Source: Gemmatimonadota bacterium
GTDB lineage: Bacteria > Gemmatimonadota > Gemmatimonadetes > Gemmatimonadales > GWC2-71-9
Length of the DNA stretch: 64,000 nt
Direction of reading: 5' to 3'
Assembly (NCBI GenBank): GCA_016794805.1
Contig: JAEUJI010000033.1
Location: forward strand, 4,769 to 68,768
Positions 1 through 8,873 of this stretch are shown in pieces. How positions within the stretch are numbered: the first letter of the stretch is position 1; each line of letters begins with the position of its first letter. The position numbers and the translations under genes are program-made. The notes beneath the pieces were generated by a model, which worked only from the letters and a program-made list of their open reading frames with translations, was not told the DNA's origin and ran no database searches.

Positions 1-320
1 GCGAGGTTCGCCAGGTACTTGCCCAGGTAGAGCGACTCCCGCGACACCGGCGCCAGCAGCAGCCCGTCGAAGGCCCCGTTCTCCCGCTCCACGGTGAAGG
101 CGCGGTTCATCGCCACCACCGAGGCGAACGTCACCGTCACCCACAGGATGCTCGGGGCCAGGTCCACCGTCGCCACCGCGGTCGGGTCCCGGGCAAAGTT
201 GAACACCATCAGCACCAGGGCCGCGAACACCGCCGCGGAAAGCAGGCTGGTCCGGGTGCGGAGTTCCATCCGCAGGTCCTTGCCCGCGATCGCGAGCGCG
301 TGCCGGAGGGCCCTACCCAC
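1..320 (-). CDS. ccmB: CcmB-like heme exporter permease, N-terminal part only (gene runs off the left edge)
   Basis: The minus-strand frame starts at GTG 320, with AGGAGG 6 nt upstream, and this GTG overlaps the stop of the upstream ABC ATPase. It reads VGRALRHALAIAGKDLRMELRTRTSLLSAAVFAALVLMVFNF...TVERENGAFDGLLLAPVSRESLYLGKYLANL. It is absent from the ORF track because no stop lies in the window. Confidence 0.55.
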   Translation of the reverse strand, partial: MGRALRHALAIAGKDLRMELRTRTSLLSAAVFAALVLMVFNFARDPTAVATVDLAPSILWVTVTFASVVAMNRAFTVERENGAFDGLLLAPVSRESLYLGKYLANL

Positions 321-1032
321 GCGCCACCTCCTGGTACGTCAGGTGGAACGCGGCGAGGTCGGCCGGCCGGGGACCGAGATAGCCCCACCGCCCCCCCACC
401 AGCACCCCGACCCGCGTGGCCAGGTCCCACGCCTCGCTCGCGTGGTGGGTCACGATGACCATCGCGCGCTCGGCGGTGCGGAGCTCTCCCAGCAGCGCCC
501 GCAGCCGGTCCCCCGCCACGGCGTCGAGCCCGGTGAAGGGCTCGTCCAGCAGCAGCAGGGTGGGATCGTGCATCAGCGCCCGCGCGATCGCCGCCCGCTG
601 CTGCATGCCGCGGGAGAGCTGGCGCGGCCGGTCGTCCTTCCGCTCCAGCAGCGCCTGGCGGGCCAGCACCGTTTCCGCCCGGGCCCGCGGGTCCGGGAGA
701 TCGTACAGCCGGCCGGCGAGGACCAGGTTCTCGAGCAGGGTCAGCTCGTCGTACAGCAGCGACTGGTGTGAGAGCAGCCCGATGGGGCGCCGGGCATCGG
801 GATCGTCGCCCGAGAGGCGGCGGCCCGCCACCATTACGCTGCCCGCCTGCGGGCGCAGCAGCCCGGCCAGCGAGCGGAGCAGGGTGGACTTCCCGGCGCC
901 GTTCGGGCCCAGTAGCAGCAGGACATCTCCGGGATGCAGGTCGAGATCCACGCCGCGCAGGGCGTGGACCGGGCCGTAGCGGCGGGCCAGCCCGCGCGCC
1001 GCCACCAGCGGGGCGTCAGCGGGCGGCATCAA
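313..1032 (-). CDS. ccmA: ABC transporter ATP-binding protein, CcmA-like
   Basis: Walker A GPNGAGKST, signature LSRGMQQRAAIARAL, Walker B LLLLDEPF. At 239 aa it is small, and its pairing with a CcmB-like permease suggests CcmA. Confidence 0.7.
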   Translation of the reverse strand: MMPPADAPLVAARGLARRYGPVHALRGVDLDLHPGDVLLLLGPNGAGKSTLLRSLAGLLRPQAGSVMVAGRRLSGDDPDARRPIGLLSHQSLLYDELTLLENLVLAGRLYDLPDPRARAETVLARQALLERKDDRPRQLSRGMQQRAAIARALMHDPTLLLLDEPFTGLDAVAGDRLRALLGELRTAERAMVIVTHHASEAWDLATRVGVLVGGRWGYLGPRPADLAAFHLTYQEVARG

Positions 1033-1384
1033 TGCGGCGGGCGAGGTCGCTCAGGTCGAAGGGCTTCACCAGGTATCCGTGATGGGGCAGGTCCAGCACC
1101 TGGAGCTGGGGCTCCAGGCTCATGTAGGCGGACGTGATGATAACGGGAAGCTCCGGGCGCTCCAGCCGGAACTGCCGGAGCAGCGCGATGCCGTCGGTGT
1201 CCGGCAGCCGGAGGTCGAGCACCACGACGTCGGGCGGCGACTCCCGGAAGCGCTCGAGCGCCTCCCGGCCCGTCGCGGCGAAGGTCGCCGCGAAGCGGGC
1301 GTGGAAGGCGCGCTCGTAACTCTGGCGCAGGGCGGGCTCGTCCTCGACGAAGAGCACCCGCCGCCGGGACTCGGAAGCACCCAT
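1016..1384 (-). CDS. single-domain response regulator (CheY-like receiver)
   Basis: RVLFVEDEP...DVVVLDLRLPDTDG...PVIITSA...YLVKPF. 122 aa with no output domain. Overlaps ccmA by 17 nt. Confidence 0.85.
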   Translation of the reverse strand: MGASESRRRVLFVEDEPALRQSYERAFHARFAATFAATGREALERFRESPPDVVVLDLRLPDTDGIALLRQFRLERPELPVIITSAYMSLEPQLQVLDLPHHGYLVKPFDLSDLARRIDAAR

Positions 1385-1399
1385 GCCCCAATATAAGCC

Positions 1400-1714
1400 C
1401 TACGCCGCGTCGGCCTCGACCTCGAAGAGGTCATCGAGCTTGGTGAGCACCAGCAGGAAGCGCAGCTCGTCGTTGGGCCGCTTGAGCACCACCACCTGGC
1501 GGCGCTCCGAGGCCTTGCGCTGGATCAGCATGAGCGCGCCGAGGCCGGCCGAGTCCACGGTCCGGGTGCCGCGCAGGTCGATGACCAGGCGGCCGGTGCG
1601 TTCCGGCAGCTGATCGAGCAGGCCCACGGCGTGCTGGCGGAAGATGGTCCGGCTCTCGAGGCCGAGATGCTCGGGCGCGGACAGTTCGAGGACTGCGGGT
1701 TGGGTCGCCTGCAT
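1400..1714 (-). CDS. STAS-domain protein (anti-sigma-factor antagonist family)
   Basis: LVIDLRGTRTVDSAGLGALMLIQRK is a SpoIIAA/RsbV-like pattern. I trimmed the start to ATG 1714 (MQATQPAVLEL); the longer track ORF begins at 1783. Confidence 0.7.
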   Translation of the reverse strand: MQATQPAVLELSAPEHLGLESRTIFRQHAVGLLDQLPERTGRLVIDLRGTRTVDSAGLGALMLIQRKASERRQVVVLKRPNDELRFLLVLTKLDDLFEVEADAA

Positions 1715-1945
1715 GGTTGCCTCCGGCGCTCCCTCAAGGAGAGCGCGATGCTTCCGCCGGCCTGGACTTCGCGCGGGGTGCATCGCGCAGGATCGCGCGG
1801 GGCACCCGCCTTCGGCACCGAGCTATCTCTCGCGCTCCATTCGGCGCGCTGGAGACCTCTAGTTTTGCGGCCCCGGATCGCTCCGGGTGTGCTCTTATCG
1901 GGCGGATCGGTTGTCGGAGACCTTGTGGCCTCCGCCCGGTTAAAA

Positions 1946-1961
1946 AGCGAGCCCGGTGCCA
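1946..1961 (-). promoter_or_regulatory. candidate sigma-54 (-24/-12) promoter facing the STAS-receiver-ccmAB genes
   Basis: The minus strand reads TGGCAC-CGGGC-TCGCT against the consensus TGGCAC-N5-TTGCW. GG and GC have the correct spacing. An AT-rich stretch lies just upstream on that strand. Confidence 0.3.
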
Positions 1962-1998
1962 CTCGACCAAACCCTTACATGACTTGGAGTTATAAAGT

Positions 1999-2025
1999 GT
2001 CGTTGGGTCCTCGCCACGACTTTTT
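1999..2025 (+). terminator. intrinsic-terminator-like hairpin plus T5 with no upstream plus-strand gene
   Basis: GTCGT(T)GG-GTCCTCG-CCACGAC followed by TTTTT. Confidence 0.4.
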
Positions 2026-2208
2026 CCTCGCACCGCGCGGTACTCCTCCGCCAACTGCAAGCCTCGACTTCGGCGCCCCCGAATCGTGACCTTCATCACG
2101 CCCCCACTTGCCATTCCGGAGGGGCGGGCCGCATCCTCCGGGGGCACGCGCGGCAGCCGGCCGCGGCGGGCCTTCCAGCCACGCGGTTTCCTCGCACCCC
2201 CGTCTCCC

Positions 2209-4167
2209 ATGACCGACCAGATCAGCACCCTGCTCTCCGAAACCCGGCGCTTTCCCCCGGACCCGGCCTTCGCCCGGGAGGCGAACGGCCAGGCGGCCCT
2301 CTACGATGCTGCCCGGACGGACCGGCTCGCCTTCTGGGAAGAGCAGGCCCGGGCGCTCGACTGGATCACCCCCTGGCACACGGTGCTGGAGTGGACCCCG
2401 CCCCACGCCCGGTGGTTCGTGGGCGGCAAGCTCAACATCGCGGCCAACTGCATCGACCGGCACCTGCACACCGCGCGGCGCAACAAGGCGGCGATCATCT
2501 GGGAGGGGGAGCCGGGGGACCGGCGCACCATCACGTACTGGGAGCTGCACCGCGAGGTGGGCCGCTGCGCCAACGCCCTGCGCAAGCTGGGCGTGCGGAA
2601 GGGGGATCGGGTCGCCATCTACCTCCCGATGATCCCCGAGGCCGCCATCGCGATGCTGGCCTGCGCCCGCATCGGCGCGGTCCATTCCGTGGTGTTCGGC
2701 GGATTCTCGGCTGAATCGCTGCGGGACCGGATCAACGACGCCCAGGCGGTCTGCCTCATCACCGCCGATGGCGGCTACCGCCGGGGCGCGGTGCTGCCGC
2801 TCAAGCGCTTCGCCGACGAGGCCGTGGCGGCCTGCCCCACCATCAAGGACGTCATCGTGGTGCAGCGCCGGCCCGGCGCGGCCGCGGGCGACGAGTCGTT
2901 CGCCAACATCGTCGAGGGCCGGGACCACTGGTGGCACCGGCTGCTGGACCAGGCCTCCCCCGATTGCCCGGCCGAACCGCTCGACGCGGAGGACCTGCTC
3001 TTCATCCTCTACACCTCGGGCACCACCGGGAAACCCAAGGGCATCGTGCACACTACCGGAGGCTACCTCACCCAGGTCACCTCCACCATGCGGCACGTCT
3101 TCGACCTCAAGGAAAGCGACCTCTTCTGGTGCACCGCGGACGTGGGGTGGGTCACGGGCCACTCCTACGTGGTGTACGGGCCGCTCGCCAACGGGGCGAC
3201 GGTGCTGATGTACGAAGGCGCCCCCGACTGGCCGGAGCGGGATCGCTTCTGGAAGATCATCGCCCGGTACGGCGTCACCATCTTCTATACCGCCCCGACC
3301 GCCATCCGCGCCTTCATGAAGTGGGGCGAGGCGCTCCCCGCGAAGCACGACCTCTCCACCCTCCGCCTGCTCGGCACCGTGGGCGAGCCGATCAATCCCG
3401 AGGCCTGGATCTGGTATCAGCAGCACATCGGCCAGGGCCGCTGCCCCATCGTGGACACCTGGTGGCAGACCGAGACCGGCGGGATCATGATCACCCCGCT
3501 CCCCGGCGTGGTCACCACCAAGCCCGGCTCCGCCACGATCCCCTTCCCGGGCATCTCCGCCCAGCTGGTGGACCAGAAGGGCGTTCCCCTCACGGTGGGC
3601 GGCGGCCTGCTGGTGCTGACCGAGCCCTGGCCGGGGATGCTCCGGACCATCTACGGTGATGACGAGCGCTATCGCCAGACCTACTGGTCCCGGTTCGGCG
3701 ACAAGTACTTCGCCGGCGACGGCGCCAAGCTGGACGAGGACGGCTACTGGTGGATCCTGGGCCGGGTGGACGATGTGCTGAACGTGGCCGGCCACCGCAT
3801 CGGCACCATGGAGGTTGAGAGCGCGCTGGTGGACCATCCGTCGGTGGCCGAGGCGGCGGTGGTGGGCAAGCACCACGACCTCAAGGGGCAGGCCCTCGCC
3901 GCCTTCGTGACCCTCAAGGAGGGGAACCGGGCCACCGCCGAGCTGAAGGACGACCTCAAGGATCACGTGGCGCGGAAGATCGGCGCCATCGCCCGGCCCG
4001 ACGACATCCTCTTTTCCGCCGACCTCCCCAAGACCCGGAGCGGGAAGATCATGCGCCGGCTGCTCAAGGACATCGCGGAAGGCCGCGCCCTGGGGGATAC
4101 CACGACCCTGGCGGACCCGTCGGTGGTGGCGCGGCTCAAGGACCAGTATGAGAGCGAGGAAGGGTAG
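2209..4167 (+). CDS. acs: acetyl-CoA synthetase (AMP-forming)
   Basis: [19 protein letters not shown] and [11 protein letters not shown] motifs. Full-length 652 aa after trimming the track ORF (2086) to ATG 2209 (MTDQISTLL). Confidence 0.95.
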   Translation: MTDQISTLLSETRRFPPDPAFAREANGQAALYDAARTDRLAFWEEQARALDWITPWHTVLEWTPPHARWFVGGKLNIAANCIDRHLHTARRNKAAIIWEGEPGDRRTITYWELHREVGRCANALRKLGVRKGDRVAIYLPMIPEAAIAMLACARIGAVHSVVFGGFSAESLRDRINDAQAVCLITADGGYRRGAVLPLKRFADEAVAACPTIKDVIVVQRRPGAAAGDESFANIVEGRDHWWHRLLDQASPDCPAEPLDAEDLLFILYTSGTTGKPKGIVHTTGGYLTQVTSTMRHVFDLKESDLFWCTADVGWVTGHSYVVYGPLANGATVLMYEGAPDWPERDRFWKIIARYGVTIFYTAPTAIRAFMKWGEALPAKHDLSTLRLLGTVGEPINPEAWIWYQQHIGQGRCPIVDTWWQTETGGIMITPLPGVVTTKPGSATIPFPGISAQLVDQKGVPLTVGGGLLVLTEPWPGMLRTIYGDDERYRQTYWSRFGDKYFAGDGAKLDEDGYWWILGRVDDVLNVAGHRIGTMEVESALVDHPSVAEAAVVGKHHDLKGQALAAFVTLKEGNRATAELKDDLKDHVARKIGAIARPDDILFSADLPKTRSGKIMRRLLKDIAEGRALGDTTTLADPSVVARLKDQYESEEG

Positions 4168-4169
4168 GA

Positions 4170-4209
4170 GGCGGTTGGGCGGTTGGGCGGTTGGGCGGTT
4201 GGGCGGTTA
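4170..4209 (+). repeat. tandem octamer array (GGCGGTTG)x4 plus GGCGGTTA
   Basis: Read directly from the sequence. It begins 3 nt after the acs stop codon. Confidence 0.95.
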
Positions 4210-4248
4210 GATTCGTGGCAGGATCAGTTCACCGGAATGGGACGTCTC

Positions 4249-4701
4249 ATGCGCCTGGTCAAGACACTCGTGATTGCCGCCGCCCTGACAACCCTCGCGG
4301 CCGCCGCGGCTCCATCGTTGGGTGAGCGGGCGGCGCCGCCGAGCATCACCGTGTATCACTCCCCCACCTGCGGCTGCTGCAAGGAATGGGTGAAGCACCT
4401 CGAGGCGAACGGCTTCACGGTGAAGTCCATCGAGCAGGCCGATGTCTCCCCCATCAAGGCCGAGCTGGGCGTGCCGCGAAAGCTGGTCTCGTGCCACACC
4501 GCCGTGATCGCGGGGTATGTGGTGGAGGGGCATGTGCCTGCCGCCGACATCCAGCGCCTCCTGCGCGAGAAGCCCAAGGTGGCGGGCCTCACCGCGCCGG
4601 GCATGCCCGGCGCCTCCCCCGGCATGAATACCGGGAAGGATCCGTACGACGTGCTGACGTTCGATGCGGCGGGGAATACGACGGTGTGGGCGAAGCACTA
4701 G
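4249..4701 (+). CDS. DUF411/CopG-like periplasmic metal-binding protein
   Basis: Signal peptide MRLVKTLVIAAALTTLAAAAA, CxCC motif (SPTCGCCKEW), and GMPGASPGM. ATG 4249 is preferred over the TTG 4183 track start, which lies inside the repeat array. Confidence 0.8.
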   Translation: MRLVKTLVIAAALTTLAAAAAPSLGERAAPPSITVYHSPTCGCCKEWVKHLEANGFTVKSIEQADVSPIKAELGVPRKLVSCHTAVIAGYVVEGHVPAADIQRLLREKPKVAGLTAPGMPGASPGMNTGKDPYDVLTFDAAGNTTVWAKH

Positions 4702-4799
4702 GCGGTTCGGCGATTCGACGATTAGTCGTTCGCTTAAGGGCGGCCCACCACGCTGGGGGCCGCCCATTTTACGCCCAATCGCCCAATCGCCCAATCGCC
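4701..4799. repeat. composite palindrome: degenerate octamers, then a GC hairpin, then inverted octamers
   Basis: GGCGGTTC GGCGATTC GACGATTA GTCGTTCG (4701-4732); hairpin at 4738-4765; (CGCCCAAT)x3+CGCC (4772-4799), which is the reverse complement of GGCGATTG. The element ends at the kup stop. Confidence 0.9.
4738..4771 (+). terminator. intrinsic terminator of the DUF411 gene
   Basis: 9-bp stem GGGCGGCCC/GGGCCGCCC with a 10-nt loop, followed by ATTTTA. Confidence 0.6.
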
Positions 4800-6712
4800 T
4801 AGAACTGTATCTGCGCCCCCATTTCCACCACCCGGTTCGGCGGCAGCCCGAAGAAGGCTGTGGCGGACTGGGCGTTCCGGCTCATGAGCACAAAGAGCCG
4901 CTTGCGCCAGGTGGACAGCGGTGGCGGGGCATCCTCGGCGCGCGGCTTCCGCTCCGGCGTCACGATGAGCGTCTCGCGGCCCAGGTAGTAGGTCGTTTCC
5001 AGCGGCCGGACCGAGACCCCGTGCGCCTGGAGCCCCCGCAGCAGCTCCGGCACGTTGGGGCTCTCCATGAACCCGTACTCCGCCTGCAGCTCGTAGAACT
5101 TCTCCCCCAGCTCCTTGAACGTCATCCGCTCGTCGTCGGGCACGTAGGGGATGTCGCGGGTCCGGACCGACATCAGGATGACCTGCTCGTGCAGCACCTT
5201 GTTGTGCTTCACGTGGTGCAGCAGCACCGGCGGCGCGCCCCCGGCATGGGAGGTCATGAAGACCGCGGTGCCGGGCACCCGCACGCAGCGCTTCACCGCG
5301 TCCCCGAGGAAGAGGTCCATCGGGAGGCTGCTGCTCTCGATGATAGAGGTCAGCCGGATGCGGCCCCGTTTCCAGGTGGCCATCAGGGTGAAGATCAGCC
5401 CGGCGATCAGGAGCGGTACCCAGCCGCCGTGGGGGATCTTGTCGATGTTGGCGGCGAAGAACGTCACGTCCACCGCCAGGAACAGTCCGCCGAGGGCGCC
5501 CACCTTCCACCAGGGCCAGCGCCAGCGCTCCCGGGCCACGGCGCAGAAGAGAATGGTGGTGAAGGTCATGGTCCCGCACACCGCGACCCCGTAGGTGCCG
5601 GCCAGGCTGGAGGTGTTCTTGAAGGCGAGCATCAGCGCGATGCAGGCCAGCATGAGCGCCCAGTTCACCTGCGGGATGTAGATCTGGCCGCGCTCGGACT
5701 CGGAGGTATGGATGATCGTCACCCGGGGAGAGTAGCCCAGCTGCACCGCCTGCTGGGTCAACGAGAACGCCCCGGAGATCAGCGCCTGGCTCGCCACCAC
5801 CGCGGCGGAGGTGGCGATGGCGATCATCGGATAGAGCGCCCAGCTGGGGACCAGGGTGTAGAAGGGGTTGCTGGCCGCGGCCGGGTCGCGCAGCAGCAGC
5901 GCCCCCTGCCCGAAGTAGTTGAGCAGGAGCGCCGGCAGCACGATCGCGAACCAGGCCAGCCGGATGGGCCGCTTGCCGAAATGCCCCATGTCGGCGTACA
6001 GCGCCTCGCCGCCCGTGACCACGAGGACCACCGCGGCGAGCACGAAGAACGCCGCGGACCCTTCCCGCTGCACCAGGCCCACCACATGCCAGGGGTTCAC
6101 CGCGCCGAGCACCTCCGGCGCCTGGGCGATGCCATAAACCCCGAGCGCGGCGATGCAGAGGAACCAGAGTGTGGTCACCGGACCGAAGACCCGGCCCACC
6201 ATGGCGGTCCCCCGCCGCTGCACCGAGAACAGCACCACCACGATCGCGATGCTGATGGGCAGGACCCAGCGTTCCAGCCCCGGGGCCGCCACGGCCAGTC
6301 CCTCGACCGCCCCGATGACGGAGATGGCGGGGGTGATGATGCCGTCCCCGTACAGCAGGGCGGACCCGAAAAGGCCGGCGGAGATCAGGGCCCATCGCCG
6401 GCCGCGCACCAGGCCGGCCGGGTTGAGCAGCGCCAGCAGGGCGAGGATGCCCCCCTCGCCCCGGTTGTCGGCGCGCAGCATGTGGACGACGTACTTGAAC
6501 GAGATGAGGAAGTTGAGCGACCAGAAGATCAGCGACAGCACGCCCAGCAGGTTGTCCCGGGTGAGCGCCAGCGAATGGGGGCCGCCGAAGCACTCCTTGA
6601 GCGCGTAGAGCGGGCTGGTGCCGATGTCGCCGTACACCACGCCCAGCGCGGCGAACGCGAGCGCCGCGAGCGCCTTGCCCTTCGGGGGGGGACCGCCCTG
6701 GGTGTGACTCAT
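4799..6712 (-). CDS. kup: KUP/HAK/KT potassium uptake protein
   Basis: GVVYGDIGTSPLY signature, a multi-TM core, and a cytosolic C-terminal domain; 637 aa. Confidence 0.95.
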   Translation of the reverse strand: MSHTQGGPPPKGKALAALAFAALGVVYGDIGTSPLYALKECFGGPHSLALTRDNLLGVLSLIFWSLNFLISFKYVVHMLRADNRGEGGILALLALLNPAGLVRGRRWALISAGLFGSALLYGDGIITPAISVIGAVEGLAVAAPGLERWVLPISIAIVVVLFSVQRRGTAMVGRVFGPVTTLWFLCIAALGVYGIAQAPEVLGAVNPWHVVGLVQREGSAAFFVLAAVVLVVTGGEALYADMGHFGKRPIRLAWFAIVLPALLLNYFGQGALLLRDPAAASNPFYTLVPSWALYPMIAIATSAAVVASQALISGAFSLTQQAVQLGYSPRVTIIHTSESERGQIYIPQVNWALMLACIALMLAFKNTSSLAGTYGVAVCGTMTFTTILFCAVARERWRWPWWKVGALGGLFLAVDVTFFAANIDKIPHGGWVPLLIAGLIFTLMATWKRGRIRLTSIIESSSLPMDLFLGDAVKRCVRVPGTAVFMTSHAGGAPPVLLHHVKHNKVLHEQVILMSVRTRDIPYVPDDERMTFKELGEKFYELQAEYGFMESPNVPELLRGLQAHGVSVRPLETTYYLGRETLIVTPERKPRAEDAPPPLSTWRKRLFVLMSRNAQSATAFFGLPPNRVVEMGAQIQF

Positions 6713-6745
6713 GCCGCCGCGGCCGGGCGCGGGCGCCGGCGCCGG

Positions 6746-7435
6746 CTACCGGGCCGGCTGCCGCTCGAGCGAGTCGAGCAGGGCCTTGAGCATGTCGTAG
6801 TGGACCGCGCCGCCGCCGGGATACAGGCGGCCGTTGATGAGGAAGGTGGGGGTGGAGCCGACGCCCGCCGCCGCCCCCTCGTTGCGCCCCGCCTGGATCC
6901 GGCCGGCGAAGCGGGCGGTCTCCATGCAGTCGTCGTACCGGGCCAGGTCGAGTCCCAGCGCCTTGGCGTGCTCCCGGAAGACGCTGTTGCCGTCCGCCTT
7001 GAGGGTCCAGTCCGGCTCCCAGGTGTAGATGCGGTGGCTCATCTCCCAGTACTTCCCCTGCTCGTCCGCGCAGGCGGCCGCATGCGACGCGGGCCGGGCG
7101 TTGCGGTGCTGCTCCAGCGGGAAATCCCGGTAGCGCCAGCGCACCTTGCCGGTCCGGATCAGCCGTTCCTCGATCGTGGGGAACTGGACCGTGAACCACT
7201 GCTGGCAGGCCGGGCACTCATAGTCGGCGTACTCCGTCACCGTGAGCGGCGCGGTGGCCGAGCCGAGGTAGTAGCCGCTGAAGCCGCTGGTATCGGCGAC
7301 CTGCACCACCACGTTGGCGGGGATGCTCACGGCGGGCTTCCGCAGCGCCATGAAGCCCAGGGCCACGGCGGCGGCAACCGCCGCTGCGCCGAGCAGGTAA
7401 TAGAAGCGGTTCAACCCGCTTGAGGCGGCCGCCAT
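6746..7435 (-). CDS. membrane-anchored DsbA-family thiol:disulfide oxidoreductase
   Basis: N-terminal TM helix and a thioredoxin-fold CPAC active site (YADYECPACQQW). Confidence 0.8.
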   Translation of the reverse strand: MAAASSGLNRFYYLLGAAAVAAAVALGFMALRKPAVSIPANVVVQVADTSGFSGYYLGSATAPLTVTEYADYECPACQQWFTVQFPTIEERLIRTGKVRWRYRDFPLEQHRNARPASHAAACADEQGKYWEMSHRIYTWEPDWTLKADGNSVFREHAKALGLDLARYDDCMETARFAGRIQAGRNEGAAAGVGSTPTFLINGRLYPGGGAVHYDMLKALLDSLERQPAR

Positions 7436-7526
7436 GGGTCGTCGTCCTCCGGTTCATCGGTCATGAAGGGATGCTGAGGGGAGGGAATCTAATCAGCCCC
7501 CGGCCCGGGAGGGGGAGCGGCTGGAA

Positions 7527-7556
7527 TTGCCGGGGTGTGGGGGCGCAGGTTATATT
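7527..7556 (+). promoter_or_regulatory. possible sigma-70-type promoter
   Basis: TTGCCG-N18-TATATT, about 40 nt upstream of ATG 7595. Confidence 0.25.
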
Positions 7557-7594
7557 CCCCGCCGTACCTTACGGCCCCTTGGAGACAGAAAAGC

Positions 7595-7888
7595 ATGGCG
7601 AAAGCGAAGCCCCGTCGGACCACCCCGCCCCAGGCTCCCCGGCTGTTTGACCAGGCCCGCGACGAGCTCTTCAGCCACATCCTGCGTTGTGGGGTCCTGG
7701 AAGCCCTCCCGGAGCACATGAAGGAGTGGTTCGACGACACCATGCTCTACCTCGCCGAGCGGTATGAAGACCTGAGCGAGGAAGAGCTGGGCCAGCTGCG
7801 GACCCTCGGCGAGCGCTACTGCCAGCCGGTGGCCAACCGCCCGGCGGCGTCGGCGGAACCCGAGACCGAGACCGCGTCGGTCAACTGA
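7595..7888 (+). CDS. hypothetical protein (97 aa)
   Basis: ATG preceded by GGAGA. Coding-like composition (MAKAKPRRTTPPQAPRLFDQARDELF...). No family recognised. Confidence 0.5.
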   Translation: MAKAKPRRTTPPQAPRLFDQARDELFSHILRCGVLEALPEHMKEWFDDTMLYLAERYEDLSEEELGQLRTLGERYCQPVANRPAASAEPETETASVN

Positions 7889-7954
7889 GCCGAGGCTCCA
7901 CCTCTCCCGGTCGGCCGTTCGCCCCGGTGTCCCCTGGACGCCGGGGCGTCGTGT

Positions 7955-8413
7955 TTACCGGGCTGCCGGCGGCCTGAGCCAGCGGCGCCGGACCCCGACC
8001 AGGAACCGGGCCCCGCCGCCCACCCCCGCCTCCACCGCCACTCCCCAATTCCCGTGCGGCCGGGTCTCCACGCCGAGGCCCAGCACCAGGTCCCCGCGGG
8101 CGCGCCTCCCCGTGGTCCCCGCCACACCCGCGAGGCCATAGAGCCCGATTCCCCCGCGTCCCGCCGGCGTCAGCAGCAGGTGCGCCACCAGTTCTCCCCG
8201 ACCCACGGCGCGGCCGGACAGGTCGCCCGCCGCCAGCAGGACCTGGATGCGGGCGCCGCCACCGGGGCGCGCGGCCAAGGTGGCCCCGCCGCCGGTGAAC
8301 CCCTGCCGGCCGGTAGTGACCAGCCCCGCGACCCCGGCCTCCAAACCCCGCGGTTCCTGTCCCGCCAGCGGCGCCGCCAGGCCCAGCAGCACCGCCCCGA
8401 GGCCCCAGCGCAT
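7955..8413 (-). CDS. hypothetical secreted Gly-rich protein (possible small beta-barrel)
   Basis: Signal peptide MRWGLGAVLLGLAAPLAGQ and alternating G/V/A strands. Its ATG overlaps the OsmC stop (TGATG). The rest of the 324-aa track ORF is antisense to osmC. Confidence 0.5.
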   Translation of the reverse strand: MRWGLGAVLLGLAAPLAGQEPRGLEAGVAGLVTTGRQGFTGGGATLAARPGGGARIQVLLAAGDLSGRAVGRGELVAHLLLTPAGRGGIGLYGLAGVAGTTGRRARGDLVLGLGVETRPHGNWGVAVEAGVGGGARFLVGVRRRWLRPPAAR

Positions 8414-8820
8414 CACTCGAGCACCAGCTCGTGGGTCAGCGCCAGGTCGGGGGCCAGGGTGTGGACGACGGAACAGTATTTCTCCAGCGAGAGGTCGATT
8501 GCCCGCTGGGCCCTGGACCGGTCGAGGCCGGCGCCGGAGAGCCGGAAGCGGAAGTGCAGTGCCACATAGCGACGGGGCTGCTCCTCCCGCCGGGTTCCGG
8601 TCACGTCGATCGTCAGGCCGCGGAGCTCCACTCGCATCTTCTCGAGGATGGAAACGATGTCGGAGCCGGTGCAGGAGCCGGCGGCAAGGAGCAGCAGCAG
8701 CATCGGGCTCGGACCGGCGGCGGCGTCGCCATCGATCGGGATCGAGGGGCCGCCGGTCTCGCCCCCGGAGAACACCATCTGGTGGGACCAGGTGAGCGTG
8801 GCGTGCCGCAGGTTGGTCAT
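8413..8820 (-). CDS. OsmC/Ohr-family peroxiredoxin-like protein
   Basis: 135 aa with two conserved Cys contexts (AAGSCTGSD, LEKYCSVVHT). Confidence 0.85.
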   Translation of the reverse strand: MTNLRHATLTWSHQMVFSGGETGGPSIPIDGDAAAGPSPMLLLLLAAGSCTGSDIVSILEKMRVELRGLTIDVTGTRREEQPRRYVALHFRFRLSGAGLDRSRAQRAIDLSLEKYCSVVHTLAPDLALTHELVLE

Positions 8821-8873
8821 GAGGGTCGCCGGAGAGGGGGAGGAGGTCAGGGACCCGTGCAGGCGCGGCCCGC

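Noticed and set aside
1990-3966. 658-aa minus-strand ORF. Similar very long ORFs occur at 4664-7423(+), 13565-15013(-), the 18912-20537 part of 17793-20537(-), 40488-41819(-) and 55080-58265(-).
   Set aside because: All lie antisense to, or out of frame with, genes carrying unambiguous family motifs (acs, kup, halogenase-like, decarboxylase, saccharopine DH-like, metH). Their translations are Arg/Gly/Pro/His-rich and low-complexity. This is the usual stop-codon-poor shadow-ORF artefact of 70% GC DNA.
4170-4799. Short tandem repeat arrays considered as a possible CRISPR or mini-array.
   Set aside because: The units are 8 bp and directly abutting, with no spacers, and no cas genes are present. 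They are microsatellite or palindrome elements, not CRISPR.
6684-6691. G8 homopolymer (C8 on the coding strand) in codons 7-9 of kup, considered as a possible phase-variation tract.
   Set aside because: It encodes GGPPP in a GC-rich genome where Pro and Gly codon runs are expected. There is no supporting evidence of variability, and similar runs occur elsewhere (31632-31639, 40382-40389).
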